Assembly (NCBI GenBank): GCA_950097015.1
Contig: CATNEN010000030.1
Span: forward strand, 2,790,001 to 2,854,000
Direction of reading: 5' to 3'
Length of the DNA stretch: 64,000 nt
Origin: Macrostomum hystrix
Lineage: Eukaryota > Animalia > Platyhelminthes
Below, piece by piece: positions 12,076 through 24,280 of the stretch. The position numbers were made by a program, and so were the translations under genes. The notes below the pieces were generated by a model. The model searched no databases, was not told the origin of the DNA, and saw only the letters and a list, made by a program, of their open reading frames with translations. Positions within the stretch are counted from its first letter, which is position 1, and each line of letters opens with the position of its first letter.

Positions 12076-13417
12076 TTAAAACTCGGGAGCGATTGTTTTG
12101 AATATGTGTCTGATCTGTCGGGAAACAGGTACATCTAATTCTTTCCCGAATTAATGAGATGACAGCGTGGCGCTTTCTTGCAGCATCAGGGCTTTATTCC
12201 TAGATATGTATGCATATGTATGCATAGATTCGCACGTATCACACATGCTTTAACATAATAATTTAATAAATCAACACATTGTTGTTTCTAACAAAATATA
12301 CGCTCGAAAAGTAGACAAATTTTGTCTAGGTACCAATGAGAGGGCAGTAGGTTTTTAGTTTTTCCTGTAGCCATAGACCAAAGTAGACAAAATGTTTTAG
12401 CTAGGAGTTTGGTATATTTAAGTTAACTTCTATGAAATTAATATTACCTTTAAAGCAATAGATATTCGACATTATTCTAATGAAATTTTAGCCTGGTTCT
12501 TATGCTAATCATGCTAACTGTAAGTCTGCAACAACTCGCATTATTTAGAAAATTCCTCTATTTATAGGTTAGGCCCATTATCTACAGAAGTATGCTTTGC
12601 TATCGTTATGCTGTTTATGTTTGCTCAGCATTGCAATTTTTTTAGATGTGTTTCAGAGACTACACCCAAGCAACAGAATTCACTTTTTGCAGCTTTCTTA
12701 TGTATAGGCCTAGCTCAGCTGTAGCCTGTATAGTAACTGCTTTAAGTTTAATGATGAAATAAGTTTTTATTCTTGCAATATTCCCATGTTAGGTGTGTTT
12801 AAAAAATCTTCATAGGCCTAGCTAACAAAGCGGCAAAGCCCTCCTCAAATGTACCAAAAATTTGACTAAACCCATTGAATTCATTTATCTATATAGATAT
12901 AGGCCTAGGCCTAATATACTGTCACAATGTACTATACTGTCACTTAATGCACTTTTAAGCTTTGAAATGAACTTTTGAGAACCCAAAAACTTTAGTAGTT
13001 TTTTTTCAGATATTTTACTTCAAAGTGCTTACAGTGCACCAAAAATATAATTTTTGTGTCTATTTAGTTGTTGCTTTGTGTTTTAATATTGCATCAAATA
13101 TTAGGCACTGTGGAACAGGGGGGCAACAGCTGCTCCCCTTGACATCAAGTTGGGGGGCATTGCTCCTCTCAAATATCATTCAGTAGCATAATTCTTACAT
13201 TTATTCTTAATCTTATTCTTATTCTTAGCATAATTCTTTACTTTTCTTACATTTCAATTGGTTCAAATACAGGCACCATGGAACAGGGGGCTTTATATTT
13301 TACAAATTATAGACTCTTTCATCTACACTGTAAATTCTAGATACACAGTTTATTTATTTGAAGAAAACAATTTTTTTTCTCTCCTACCATTACTACTTCC
13401 ATGTTTTTGCAGCTTAA

Positions 13418-14101
13418 ATGCCAAAGCGCGGCTGCCCCTTTGTTGAAAGTGCAAATCAGCTGAAGGTGCATGTCTCACAGAAGCTGGTTGATACTGGAGT
13501 CAACTCAGACCAGAATATGACTGCTGTGTATGGTAAATTGAGAGTACTATGGTATTTTCTGCACTTCTAAGACTACTTTACATGTGTATAGGTGTATCCC
13601 CCTAAGTAGTTTTTTCAACTATTGGTTTTTGCATTCTAAGTGAGACTTTTTTCAAGCAATCTGAGACTGAATAGCAAAATAGAGGTAGAGGTACAAAAGC
13701 ATTTGTGATTTAAATAGATGCGAGTTTATAAGTAGACGGGTATCAGATAATCATATTTGATGTTGTCTATGGTCAAAACCGATTCACTTCGTGTTGAGCG
13801 GAATAAATTAATTAGAGAGGTATGGTCATAGGGATGACTGTTTTACTTTGCTCCCCTGTACCTTGCAGACCGAACCATGCAGCTCTTAAATAGCGGAGCT
13901 CGCAAATTCTACAGCTCGCCAACTGTTTCGGATGCCTCTCCTATGGCTAGCGACGCCTTCTCGCCAGAAGCAGTCAATATTGGCGTTGCTAATGACAACA
14001 GTGATTTAGCCAGCCAGTCGGGTCAGCAGTGCCGGCTGGAGCAATTCGGCTTTGTGAGGTCGCCTAGCAAGACTGCAGCAGCTAGTTCGGCGAAGCATTA
14101 G
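13418..14101 (+). CDS. SIVA1: Siva-like apoptosis/PCNA-associated protein, 2 exons, 115 aa, no C-terminal zinc finger
   Basis: Exons 13418-13532 and 13869-14101, joined by a phase-1 GT-AG intron. Protein MPKRGCPFVESANQLKVHVSQKLVDTGVNSDQNMTAVYDRTMQLLNSGARKFY matches the Siva N-terminus (human MPKRSCPF..QLKVRVSQ..VFEKTKRLLFLGAQAY, from memory). Confidence 0.8.
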
Positions 14102-14599
14102 CTTCTGTTTACTGCAATTATCAATAGTTTGGACTGATCTGATAGGCCGATTTACCTCTTATTTATACACATGCGCATCACTCTACTTAGCGTTATTCTA
14201 CCATAAGTAGTACCTATCGTAAAAGTTTATTGTTGCGTTGCGTTCTGGTGATTATTTTTATCAGGCTCAACGTAAAGTGTATGCATGCATATTAATGCAT
14301 ACCTGTCTGTATATATATATATACAGTATCCACTATTTTGTATTCCGGTTTAGAATAAATTTATATGTTAATAGTAAGACCAACTTTTATATAGACTGCC
14401 CTTTTCTGCCCTTGCCTTCTGTAAAACTCCATGGTCATTGGTGCAAAAAATAGTTCTAACAAACTTTCGACATGATCAACTTATTTTTTACTACATATAG
14501 AAATCGATTGAAGACGATGCTTGGTTGTTTATTTATTTCGTATCGAGTTTGTAGACAATTAGAAAACCCCGGTATTTTAGTACCCATTGTTTTCTCTAG

Positions 14600-14760
14600 G
14601 AAGCTATAAGTCGATTTAGGATCTAATTCAGTGAGTTCAGGGGTTCGAATTTTACGTTCTTTAGCAAAACACTAAAAATACTCTAGTGCTTTAGGTACTC
14701 GTAGCAGCGTTAGCTGGGGTAGAGATTAGTGTTGGTGTCCACGGACTGTACTCAGTACTG
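14600..14760 (+). mobile_element. Degraded tRNA-derived SINE between Siva and MPV17L2
   Basis: GGGGTTCGAAT B-box; CACTAAAAATACTCTAGTGCTT and GTCCACGGACTGTA match the SINE copy at 19330. Confidence 0.5.
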
Positions 14761-14827
14761 TATTGTTTACTGTACACAGGCTGTTATCCAATTGACTGGC
14801 ACACTTCAGGCAGGTAATTGGCGCAGC

Positions 14828-15400
14828 ATGATATCTGTGGCCCGCCGGGGCGGTCATGCGCTATTTAATCGCTATCTATTGCTGACTAACTGTGCCATCT
14901 GTGGTGTCAGCTCGTGCTGCGGCGATCTAATTAGCCAGAAACTGGAACGCAAACAGTCCTTATTGTCTGCGGTCAATTGGAAGAGGACATTAACAATAGG
15001 CTGCTGCGGTTTCGTGCTAGGCCCGGTCACACACTACTGGTATGTGTTCTTAGACAAGCGATTCCTAGGCAGCACGGCGCGCGCCCTCTTTTACAAAGTG
15101 TCCGCCGACGCGTTAATATTCTCGCCAGTTTACATCACACTGTACGTTGTTAGCCTCGGCCTAATGCGGGGGGTTGATCGCGAGACAATCAAACAGGACC
15201 TTTGGGAAGCTGGCTTGGAGATCTACAAATACGAAGCCACGATATGGAGTGCCGCTCAGGCTTTCAACTTCTACTTTCTGCCAATCAGATTTCGAGTGGC
15301 ATTCGACAATTGCGTCTCTTTGGCATTCGACACCCTGTACGCCAACCAGTACTCAAGTGCGCCTAGCAACTCGAAACCTGAGAAAATGGATGAGGACTGA
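14828..15400 (+). CDS. MPV17L2: Mpv17/PMP22 family protein, MPV17L2-like, intronless
   Basis: Motifs LLLTN..GDLISQ, GFVLGPVTHYWYVFLD, IW..AQAFNFYFLP.RFRV.FDNCVSLAFDT. First ATG at 14828; in-frame acceptors at 14779 and 14809 could extend the N-terminus. Confidence 0.9.
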   Translation: MISVARRGGHALFNRYLLLTNCAICGVSSCCGDLISQKLERKQSLLSAVNWKRTLTIGCCGFVLGPVTHYWYVFLDKRFLGSTARALFYKVSADALIFSPVYITLYVVSLGLMRGVDRETIKQDLWEAGLEIYKYEATIWSAAQAFNFYFLPIRFRVAFDNCVSLAFDTLYANQYSSAPSNSKPEKMDED

Positions 15401-15405
15401 TTTAG

Positions 15406-15941
15406 AAGCTATGACCAACTGAACAGACTGTGGTGAGGTGGCTATGACCAACTGAACAGACTGGGATGAGGAGGCTATGACCAACTAAACAGACTGAGAT
15501 GAGGAGGCTATGACCAACTGAACAGACTGAGATGAGGAGGCTATGACCAACTGAACAGACTGGGATGAGGAGGCTATGACCAACTGAACAGACTGGGATG
15601 AGGAGGCTATGACCAACTGAACAGACTGAGATGAGGAGGCTATGACCAACTGAACAGACTGGGATGAGGAGGCTATGACCAACTGAACAGACTGAGATGA
15701 GGAGGCTATGACCAACTGAACAGACTGGGATGAGGAGGCTATGACCAACTGAACAGACTGAGATGAGGAGGCTATGACCAACTGAACAGTCTGGGATGAG
15801 GTGGCTATAACCAACTGAACAGACTGGGATGAGGAGGCTATGACCAACTGAACAGTCTGGGATGAGGTGGCTATGACCAACTAAACAGACTGGGATGAGG
15901 AGGCTATGACCAACTGAACAGTCTGGGATGAGGTGGCTATG
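15406..15941. repeat. Minisatellite, 33-bp unit GCTATGACCAACTGAACAGACTGGGATGAGGAG, starting ~6 nt after the MPV17L2 stop
   Basis: Tandem unit, ~16 copies. Confidence 0.96.
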
Positions 15942-16848
15942 AGCCTATTGGTGCTTTTCACCTTTCTATGCTGTATTGCTGTTGTTTTCTAAAACTATTA
16001 CCTAACATAATGCGTTTTCATGTAGCTTTAAGTTTAGGTTCAGTTTAAGGAGCAATTTTATCAATCGAATTGCTTGTTTTGTGTGCTTGAAAACTGCAGT
16101 GCCTAGAATCTTGACTTGAGTTTCTTTTACTTTTAGAAGTCGCACAGGACTTAAAAATTTGCACGCAGCTTTGCTTAAAAAATATTTTTTTTAAGTGTCG
16201 ATGATTTTTCAACATTTGACATCTTGAAAGGACAATGGAAAATTGGTGTAGAGAAGGGGATTTTCGGCACTCCAGAAACTTTTTCTGTGTTTATAATATT
16301 GTTAGCATTTTCTGTTTGCCTATTTTGCACTCCCCTTTAGCAAAAACTGTTGTCAAGAAACTGATAGTGCAAACTTATAAATTAGTACATTAATATATTT
16401 GTAAACTATTGTTTACCGTGCGATAGAAATAATGTGTTGCTAATATTGTATGCTACGAGCTACTTTCCGCAGTTGCTCATTGAATAGCCACTGTTGGAGA
16501 GAAAATTCCTTTGAGATGAAAATAAATGTTTATACATAAATAGGCACATAGATAATTTTAACAAGGAAAAGCACACATGAACGGACATTTCTGATTTCGC
16601 TAGCAAGTTTTTACGTAATCTTAACAGTAGGAATGTCAAGCTTTTTTCCAGTTGAAGTTCCAGAAGCTCCGACTAGTTGAAAATCAGTAGACAACGAAGG
16701 CTGTCATGATGCAGACACTCATGTTCGACAAGCTGATGAAAACTACACTGTTTTGAAGAGCTGTACTGAGGTGCCGTACTTAATAATCGGCATACAGGTG
16801 TGTACATTCCTTACGAAGACGTCCGAACTCAATTATTGCTAGGATTGT

Positions 16849-17012
16849 GGACGACTCAGCTTTCATTGATGTTATAATAGCTGCAAAGATGAACAGCGAG
16901 GTGATGCTTAACAGCCCAAACCACAAATCCGGACGACTCAGCTTTCATTGATGTTATAATAGCTGCAAATATGAACAGCGAGGTGATGCTTAACAGCCCA
17001 AACCACAAATCC
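16849..17012. repeat. 82-bp tandem duplication (2 copies)
   Basis: 16849-16930 and 16931-17012 differ by about one base. Confidence 0.9.
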
Positions 17013-17059
17013 AACTTTGAGGCCCAACTTCGAGACGGCGGATTGAAAAATCATCCAAG

Positions 17060-17400
17060 CTAAGCCATTTCTACTACACTTTTAAAACTTTGCATTCTCC
17101 GGGAAAATATTTGGAAAGGGTATCGCTGCCAAAGCATAGACAGGCACTCGCTGCATTTCGACTCAGTAACCACAAGCTGGTCGGCTCAAAGTGCCCGGCA
17201 GAGGTAGAGAACGGAATCTATTTTCTTTTTAGATGCGAATGGGACAGATATATAAATATTCTGGAAAAATTTACTGCTGAAATTTCCAACAGAGTTGAAA
17301 TCGACATTGCATGAATTATTAAGTGCATCAGACAAGGTCTTCTACTTGATGGTGCAAGGAGAGAGAATTATCAGAGTTATTAGCAAATTGCATAGCACAG
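17060..17400 (+). mobile_element. 3' remnant of a CR1/L2-group non-LTR retrotransposon
   Basis: KYLERVSLPKHRQALAAFRLSNHKL..C..EVEN..YFLFRC resembles the C-terminal YL..R..L..FR.SNH.L..C..E.E.HF...C motif of CR1/L2-like ORF2. Confidence 0.6.
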
Positions 17401-17879
17401 ACGATAGAGGCTCGAGAAACCGATGCGATAGATGTTGCCAACTTTCGCTACCTTAGCAACATGCACTTTTTATAACCTAAATATTATGTTTAAATGCCGG
17501 TATAATTGCATTCATTAGTCCACATAAAAAATAAATTTATTTTTCGACTTTAATCGTTGCACCTTCAGTATATATATCATTGTTTCGAATTAACTCTATA
17601 AAAAATTATTATATATCAGCACCTTATATTGCATGCGCAATCCGATATAGTACATAATAAAACTTTTTACTTAATTAGCGCTTATGGGGAAAGTTGACTT
17701 TCAGTCAACATGGTTTAATCTATCAACGTTCTGCATGGGAGATTGCGAGTTGCTTTTTTGCTGCTTGCGTTCAAGTGCAGCAAGAAAGGTCGGGATGATA
17801 CACATTGTTTATACGGACTGTTTAGTATTGTCGAATCTCAACTCTATGCTAGAATAGTTGATGTCTTGACTAAGCTGCA

Positions 17880-18600
17880 GGGTGCGTCCGACCGGCGGAT
17901 GCAACGAGGAGGCGGAGGAACCGCCCATTTCGCTAACCCCTGGCGACCAACGGCTCGCAAACGAGGCAGTGCCACTCAGGGGGATCCGGTGATCTCGCCC
18001 GCAGTCAGGAATCAGGATCTTCCTCGCCGGCGATGGGGAAGAAGTTCGCGCGCCCGTTGTCCTTTGGGTACCGGGCTAGCAGATGGATGTCTTCGGGTCG
18101 GAAAACCTCGGAGAGGTCCGGGTTTGGTCCGAGTTACTTGAGCCTGCTCCGCATTTTGGCGGTCAGAGTTGCAAAAAGGGCACCGCTCCTCCGGCACATT
18201 GCCTTGGAGGAAACGGTGGCGGGAGAAGCAGCCATGTCCCGAAAGGGCCATACTGACCGCTCTAATGAGGCGCCGGGTGCTCTTGGCCGCTTCCTCTTTG
18301 ATAAAAATGTCAATCGGGGGCACTTGACACCTTGTATGGCGCAGGCCCATACAAGGCCGGACAAGCGATGGAGGGGCGGATAATAGCAGCGTAAATCCAC
18401 CAGAGCTTTTTTGGTGAGAGTCCCCAGGTGGTTCCCATGGCAGGACTTCCTGATCTGAGCCAGGACTGCCAGGGCCCTTCTGGTTTCGGACTTGATATGC
18501 GGGGCCCAGCTTTCGGTTCACAATCAGACAGGCATCGGACCTGCTTTTCCATGGTGATTTCCTTACCATAGAGGTTAAGAAGCTTCATTTTCCAGAGCAG
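17880..18600 (-). mobile_element. 5'-truncated, multiply deleted R1/LOA-type non-LTR retrotransposon
   Basis: TWGLSPKKLWWIYAAIIRPSI..LVW (RT thumb region), PPIDIFIKEEA..RL, ALSGHGCFSRHRFLQG..RCPFC (zinc knuckle); frameshifted. Confidence 0.75.
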
Positions 18601-19329
18601 CCTACTGGTAAACATAACCGCCGTGGTCTTGGACTCTGAAAGCCTTAGCCCACATTGGTTCGCCCAGCTTTCTATTGAAGCACTGAAGGTCTCTGGTGGT
18701 TTCCGCCGACGGGCCCGCGCAGGAACACAGGGTAGATGCCGTCTTGCCCTGGCGCCTTGTACGAGTTACGAGGATCTCACCGCTCGGCTGACGTACTTTC
18801 TTGATGATGTACTTTCTATAGATTCTACCGAAATATACTATGGGTATGACTCAGTCAGGTAATAAACTTTGTACTTGTTTGTTTGTAAGTGGGTTTGTAA
18901 TGAAAGTTTGTAGTTTAGTTTAAGTAACTGATTATCGTAATAGTATTACATGTACTTACAGTTTATTTGGGTACTAAGGCGTCTTCTTATCTGATTGAAA
19001 TCGGAAAGTACTTGCAGATATGTAAACTAAACATTTTCTTTCACAATTTTGGCGCTCTCTGTGCACATTGGCTTGCCAAATCCATAGCTATATCATCGCA
19101 GATAAGTGACTGCACAGCTCTGTGTGTTTGAACTCTAATCTGTCACCTGCTTAGCACACCTGATTCTTAAACAGAACAACTAAATATACATGCCATGCGA
19201 AAGTAAAGTTTAAAACATTTCATCCAGTGGAATCTCTGTACTACATCTGTATTCAAGTGTTTAAGGTGATACAGAAAAAAAGAAAAATGTGGGTATTTGA
19301 AATACCCCAGTGGTCTATCTAGCGTTAAT

Positions 19330-19650
19330 GGAACTTTTAGTTCAGTGGTTAGAGCTTTAGACTTCTGAATGAGAAGTCTTGAGTTCGAATCTTAGCCTAA
19401 GAGAAATTTTTTTGTGTCCTTGAGCAAGACACAAAATACTCTAGTGCTTCAGTTCAACCCAGGTGTAAAATCGGGTTTCAGAATTAGCTGGACTAGAAAC
19501 TTTGAAGGGTGTGGCGGCGTCCCCAGTCCGCGGACTGTAAAGGGCTGCACACAGCCTTTGGAAGCGACGCGCAATGGGTGCGGCTGCGCCACTGGCTATG
19601 GGATTAGTAGCATGGGAAAGGCATGCATCGTAAAAGACTATTGCATTTAG
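19330..19650 (+). mobile_element. tRNA-derived SINE with CORE-like central domain
   Basis: A-box TAGTTCAGTGG, B-box GAGTTCGAATC, then TGTGTCCTTGAGCAAGACAC..CTTCAGTTCAACCCAGGTGTAAAA. Homologous to the 22481 and 26326 copies. Confidence 0.8.
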
Positions 19651-20051
19651 TCTTTGTATATTTAGTAATGTCAACGAGTTGGTAACTAGTATAGGGAGAG
19701 GTAAATAACAATCTCTGCTTAAAAAACTCAAAGCTTTCATGACCCCAATGTACACTGTAGCAATATCACATTACACAGTATTGGACACCAACAATTATCT
19801 ATTCGACCAATGTCAAGTTCTGTGCTAGGCTGTCTCATTTTCAGTCCAAGGGCAGTGCATAGTACACAGCACACTAGAAATACATATTAAAGCCTGCATA
19901 GCAACTGGGTTTGCTACTGCGCTGACAAGTACCATCTCTATAAACGGTATAATCACTGTGATCATATATATTTTTATTCACTTTGCACGCCTGCACACTG
20001 GCCCTTTATAAGCAATCAGAAGAATAGTAGAGAGAAAATAACCTGTTTGAA

Positions 20052-23000
20052 ATGGTAAGTCTCACTTCTACAATAATTACTTCAGCTTCACTTCTTCTGG
20101 AAAATTGGCTAGATATCAAGCAATAGAGTGGCTGGATATCAAGGTAGAAAGTAGCTAGATATCAAGAAAGAAAGTGGCTAGATGTCAAGGTAGAAAGAGG
20201 CTAGATGTCAAGGTAGAAAGAGGCTAGATGTCTAGGTAAAGAGAGAGGCTAGATGTCAAGGTAGAAAGTGGCTAGATGTCTAGGTAAAGAGAGAGGCTAG
20301 ATGTCAAGGTAGAAAGTGGCTAGATATCTAGGTAAAGAGAGAGGCTAGATGTCAAGGTAGAAAGTGGCTAGATGTCAAGGTAGAAAGAGGCTAGATGTCA
20401 AGGTAGAAAGTGGCTAGATGTCAAGGTAGAAAGTGGCTAGATATCAAGGTAGAAAGAGGCTAGATGTCAAGGTAGAAAGTGGCTAGATGTCAAGGTAGAA
20501 AGAGGCTAGATGTCAAGGTAGAAAGTGGCTAGATATCAAGGTAGAAAGAGGCTAGATGTCAAGGTAGAAAGTGGCTAGATGTCAAGGTAGAAAGTGGCTA
20601 GATATCAAGGTAGAAAGAGGCTAGATGTCAAGGTAGAAAGAGGCTAGATGTCAAGGTAGAAAGTGGCTAGATGTCAAGGTAGAAAGTGGCTAGATGTCAA
20701 GGTAGAAAGTGGCTAGATGTCTAGGTAAAGAGAGAGGCTAGATGTCAAGGTAGAAAGAGGCTAGATGTCAAGGTAGAAAGTGGCTAGATGTCAAGGTAGA
20801 AAGTGGCTAGATGTCTAGGTAAAGAGAGAGGCTAGATGTCAAGGTAGAAAGAGGCTAGATGTCAAGGTAGAAAGAGGCTAGATGTCAAGGTAGAAAGTGG
20901 CTAGATGTCAAGGTAGAAAGTGGCTAGATGTCAAGGTAGAAAGTGGCTAGATGTCTAGGTAAAGAGAGAGGCTAGATGTCAAGGTAGAAAGAGGCTAGAT
21001 GTCAAGGTAGAAAGTGGCTAGATGTCAAGGTAGAAAGTGGCTAGATGTCTAGGTAAAGAGAGAGGCTAGATGTCAAGGTAGAAAGAGGCTAGATGTCAAG
21101 GTAGAAAGTGGCTAGATGTCAAGGTAGAAAGTGGCTAGATGTCAAGGTAGAAAGTGGCTAGATATCAAGGTAGAAAGTGGCTAGATGTCAAGGTAGAAAG
21201 TGGCTAGATGTCAAGGTAGAAAGTGGCTAGATGTCAAGGTAGAAAGTGGCTAGATATCAAGGTAGAAATTGGCTAGATATCAAGGTAGAAAGTGGCTAGA
21301 TGTCAAGGTAGAAAGTGGCTAGATGTCAAGGTAGAAAGTGGCTAGATATCAAGGTAGAAAGTGGCTAGATATCAAGGTAGAAAGTGGCTAGATGTCAAGG
21401 TAGACAGTGGCTAGATTTCAAATTAGAAAGTGACTAGATGCCGGTAGTGCAGTTAAGTAAGGAACGTGGCCTCTTGGGCCGTATAATTAAGTGCTTATAT
21501 AGTCGCAGCCCCACAGTGTCTCCCGATGCGCAGCCCAGTCATGACCCTATTACGCAACACAAAGTGAATGGAAAGAGTGTTGCAGGTTGACAATAATGCT
21601 ATGCCAGCCTGGGAGGGAGAGGGTAGGTCAGTGCACTACAATGTCAAAGTAAAAAGTTGCTGGATGAAAAGCAAAAAATTGGACATGTAAAAAATTACCA
21701 ATCCCCAAATCATACCATAAACACTGTAAAACAGGACAGAGACGACGAGCAGCCCATTGTGAAGCCGGAGCCGCAGACCTACGTTGCCTACAAATCGCGA
21801 TGGTTTATACTCACCATCTACGGCCTTCTAATCACATTTCAAGGTTCTCTATGGAACACCTGGGGACCGTTGCATGACAACATGAAGCTGGCCTACGACT
21901 GGGACTCCGTCACATTCGGCCTGCTGCCATTCTGGGGTCCGTTCTGCTACGTCCTGTCCTTCCTGCCCTGGACGTGGTTCATGAACGCCAAAGGCCTGCG
22001 TCTACCCATACTGCTCAGCGCCGTCTTTGTCCTCCTCGGCTGCCTGGTGAAGGCCCCGGCGCCGCTGGTTAGCGACGATGCGTTCAGAATTCTGTGCCAC
22101 ATCTGCGGCTTCCTCAATGGCCTGGCCGCGCCCGCCCTGTTCACCACACCGCCGATGCTGGCCGCGCTCTGGTTTCCTAGAAACGAGCGGGTGACCGCCA
22201 CGGCCATCGGCGGCTCCTGCCAAGGACTGGCCATCGCTGCCTCTTTCATCATTGGTTGGTTCTCAAAATAAAAGGATTCCTAGCGAGTCCAGTATCATTT
22301 AGGGAGCTGCCGCATAGAGATGGCTTGAGGAAGCTCTTCGTGCAAATTACATTTGTACGAAACCCACAATGTCGGGGCAGAAGTGCAAAACCTGTGGTAG
22401 TCTATGTAAAAATAGGGGTGTACACAATTTGATGTCGAGAAGCTTTGGTACATGTAAATTCGTTGTTTGTGCGGTTGTCTGGCTGTAGCCTAGTGGTTAG
22501 TGTTAGAATCACAACTTAAAGATCGGGGGTTCGATTCCCGACTCCACTGGAAGAATTTGTGAGCTTTAGCACACTTAACTCTGCATTGCTTCAGTTCACC
22601 CAGGTGTTAAATGGAGGGTGGGTGTTGCGCCCTTAGTCCATGGACTGAACAGCCGTACGCGGCCTTCAGACGCGCCCGCGCAATAGCTGCGGCTGTGCTG
22701 TCGGCTGCACATCTGGCCCTATTGGGGCAGGTGTAATCAAAAAATTATTATACTGTTAATGTTGCGGAAAAAACTTTTAAAAGAATCTTAATCAGTCACT
22801 TGCGTAAATTGCATTTGTCAGGACCATTGTTCGTGCCTGAGGTAAACAACAGCACATTGGTAGACGCCAACTCAACCGACCATATTATTCAGTGAGTATA
22901 ACTGAGTTTTTCAGAGCACTATTTCGAATCGCGAAATAAATAATTTTAAAAGTCACCAGTTCAACATGATCAATCAAGATGAACTAAAAGCTAATTAATT

Positions 23001-23826
23001 TTAGCACAATTCGCACAGAAACATCAAGAGCCAAGTGTACGTGCTGAACTACTCCCAGCTGGGCATGGCACTGGCCATCTTCCTGGCCATTCTCGCCTAC
23101 TTTCCAAACCGGCCACCCACTCCGCCAGCCTTCTCGTGTGAAATCGAGCGCGTCAACCTGACCACGGGCCTGAAGTCGCTGTCGATTAACACCTGGCTAG
23201 TGGTGATGGCCTACGGTATCCCGCTGGGCATCTCGGCCGGGTTCAGCGCCGCATTCGACGTAAACGTGAGCCAGTACGGCATTGGCCAGACACAGGCCGG
23301 CTGGATGGGCTTCGTGGCGGTCATGAGCGGCACGGTCGTCAGCCTGCTGGCCGCCAGGCTCATCGACTGGTTTCCCAACGTCTCAATGAAATGGTTCAAC
23401 ATCGCCTTCCTTGGCATGGCCACCCTCTGCTACGTGTGGTTCACCCTAATATTCGACAAGAAACTGCCTGGTGACACCGCTTCGATCTACGTGGCCAACG
23501 TGCTGGCGAACACGGCGCTCTACGCATCGCTGCCAATTTTCTACGAGATGGCCTGCGAGTCGGCTTTCCCCATAGCCGAAGAGGTGCCCGCCATGCTCAT
23601 CACCAGCGTGAACTGCTTCTTCGCCAGCGCATTTCTGGCCCTATTCTTCCTGCCGCAGATTGGCACTCTGTGGATGAACTACGTCATGACCGGAGCCTGC
23701 GCATCCGCCGTGCCGCTGCTCATCTTCTTCAAAGAGGTGCACAACAGGCGCAACCTGGACCTCACCAGTCAGGTGCAGGCGGCCAGCTTTTCTGGCGACG
23801 GCGCCGCTGGAGGCCGCCTGCAGTGA
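20052..23826 (+). CDS. SLC49A4: MFS transporter, SLC49A4/DIRC2-like (FLVCR family), 4 exons, ~466 aa
   Basis: Exons 20052-20054 (ATG only, inferred), 21735-22254, 22822-22891, 23019-23826; phases consistent, total 1401 nt. Motifs RWFIL..QGSLWNTWGP, GLR, LNGLAAP, WFPRNERVTATAI; dileucine-like DEQPIV near the N-terminus. Confidence 0.88.
20107..21440. repeat. Minisatellite, 23-bp unit GTGGCTAGATGTCAAGGTAGAAA (25-bp variant), in SLC49A4 intron 1
   Basis: Tandem unit, ~55 copies. Confidence 0.97.
22481..22750 (+). mobile_element. tRNA-derived CORE-like SINE in SLC49A4 intron 2
   Basis: TAGCCTAGTGG A-box, GGTTCGATTCC B-box, shared body, ATT-rich tail. Confidence 0.85.
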
Positions 23827-23987
23827 AGTTTAAAGTGCAAACTATTTTTCCGATGCTGACGAGCTAGAACTCCGTCAAGGGACTTCAATGGCTCAGCAGC
23901 ACGAGGTGGCTTGACCCTGTAATTTATCGCTTGACTGGTCTTTGGTCCGCTGTTCATAATAAACTGACTAGGCGCTTAGCTTACTAG

Positions 23988-24280
23988 GCCTTCTCATTGG
24001 CAATCCACAAGCCTTCTCATTGGCAATACACAAGCCTTCTCATTGGCAATCCACAAGCCTTCTCATTGGCAATACACAAGCCTTCTCATTGGCAATCCAC
24101 AAGCCTTCTCATTGGCAATCCACAAGCCTTCTCATTGGCAATCCACAAGCCTTCTCATTGGCAATCCACAAGCCTTCTCATTGGCAATCCACAAGCCTTC
24201 TCATTGGCAATCCACAAGCCTTCTCATTGGCAATCCACAAGCCTTCTCATTGGCAATCCAGTGCCTTCTCATTGTAATCC
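23988..24280. repeat. Minisatellite, 23-bp unit GCCTTCTCATTGGCAATCCACAA
   Basis: ~12 tandem copies. Confidence 0.96.
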
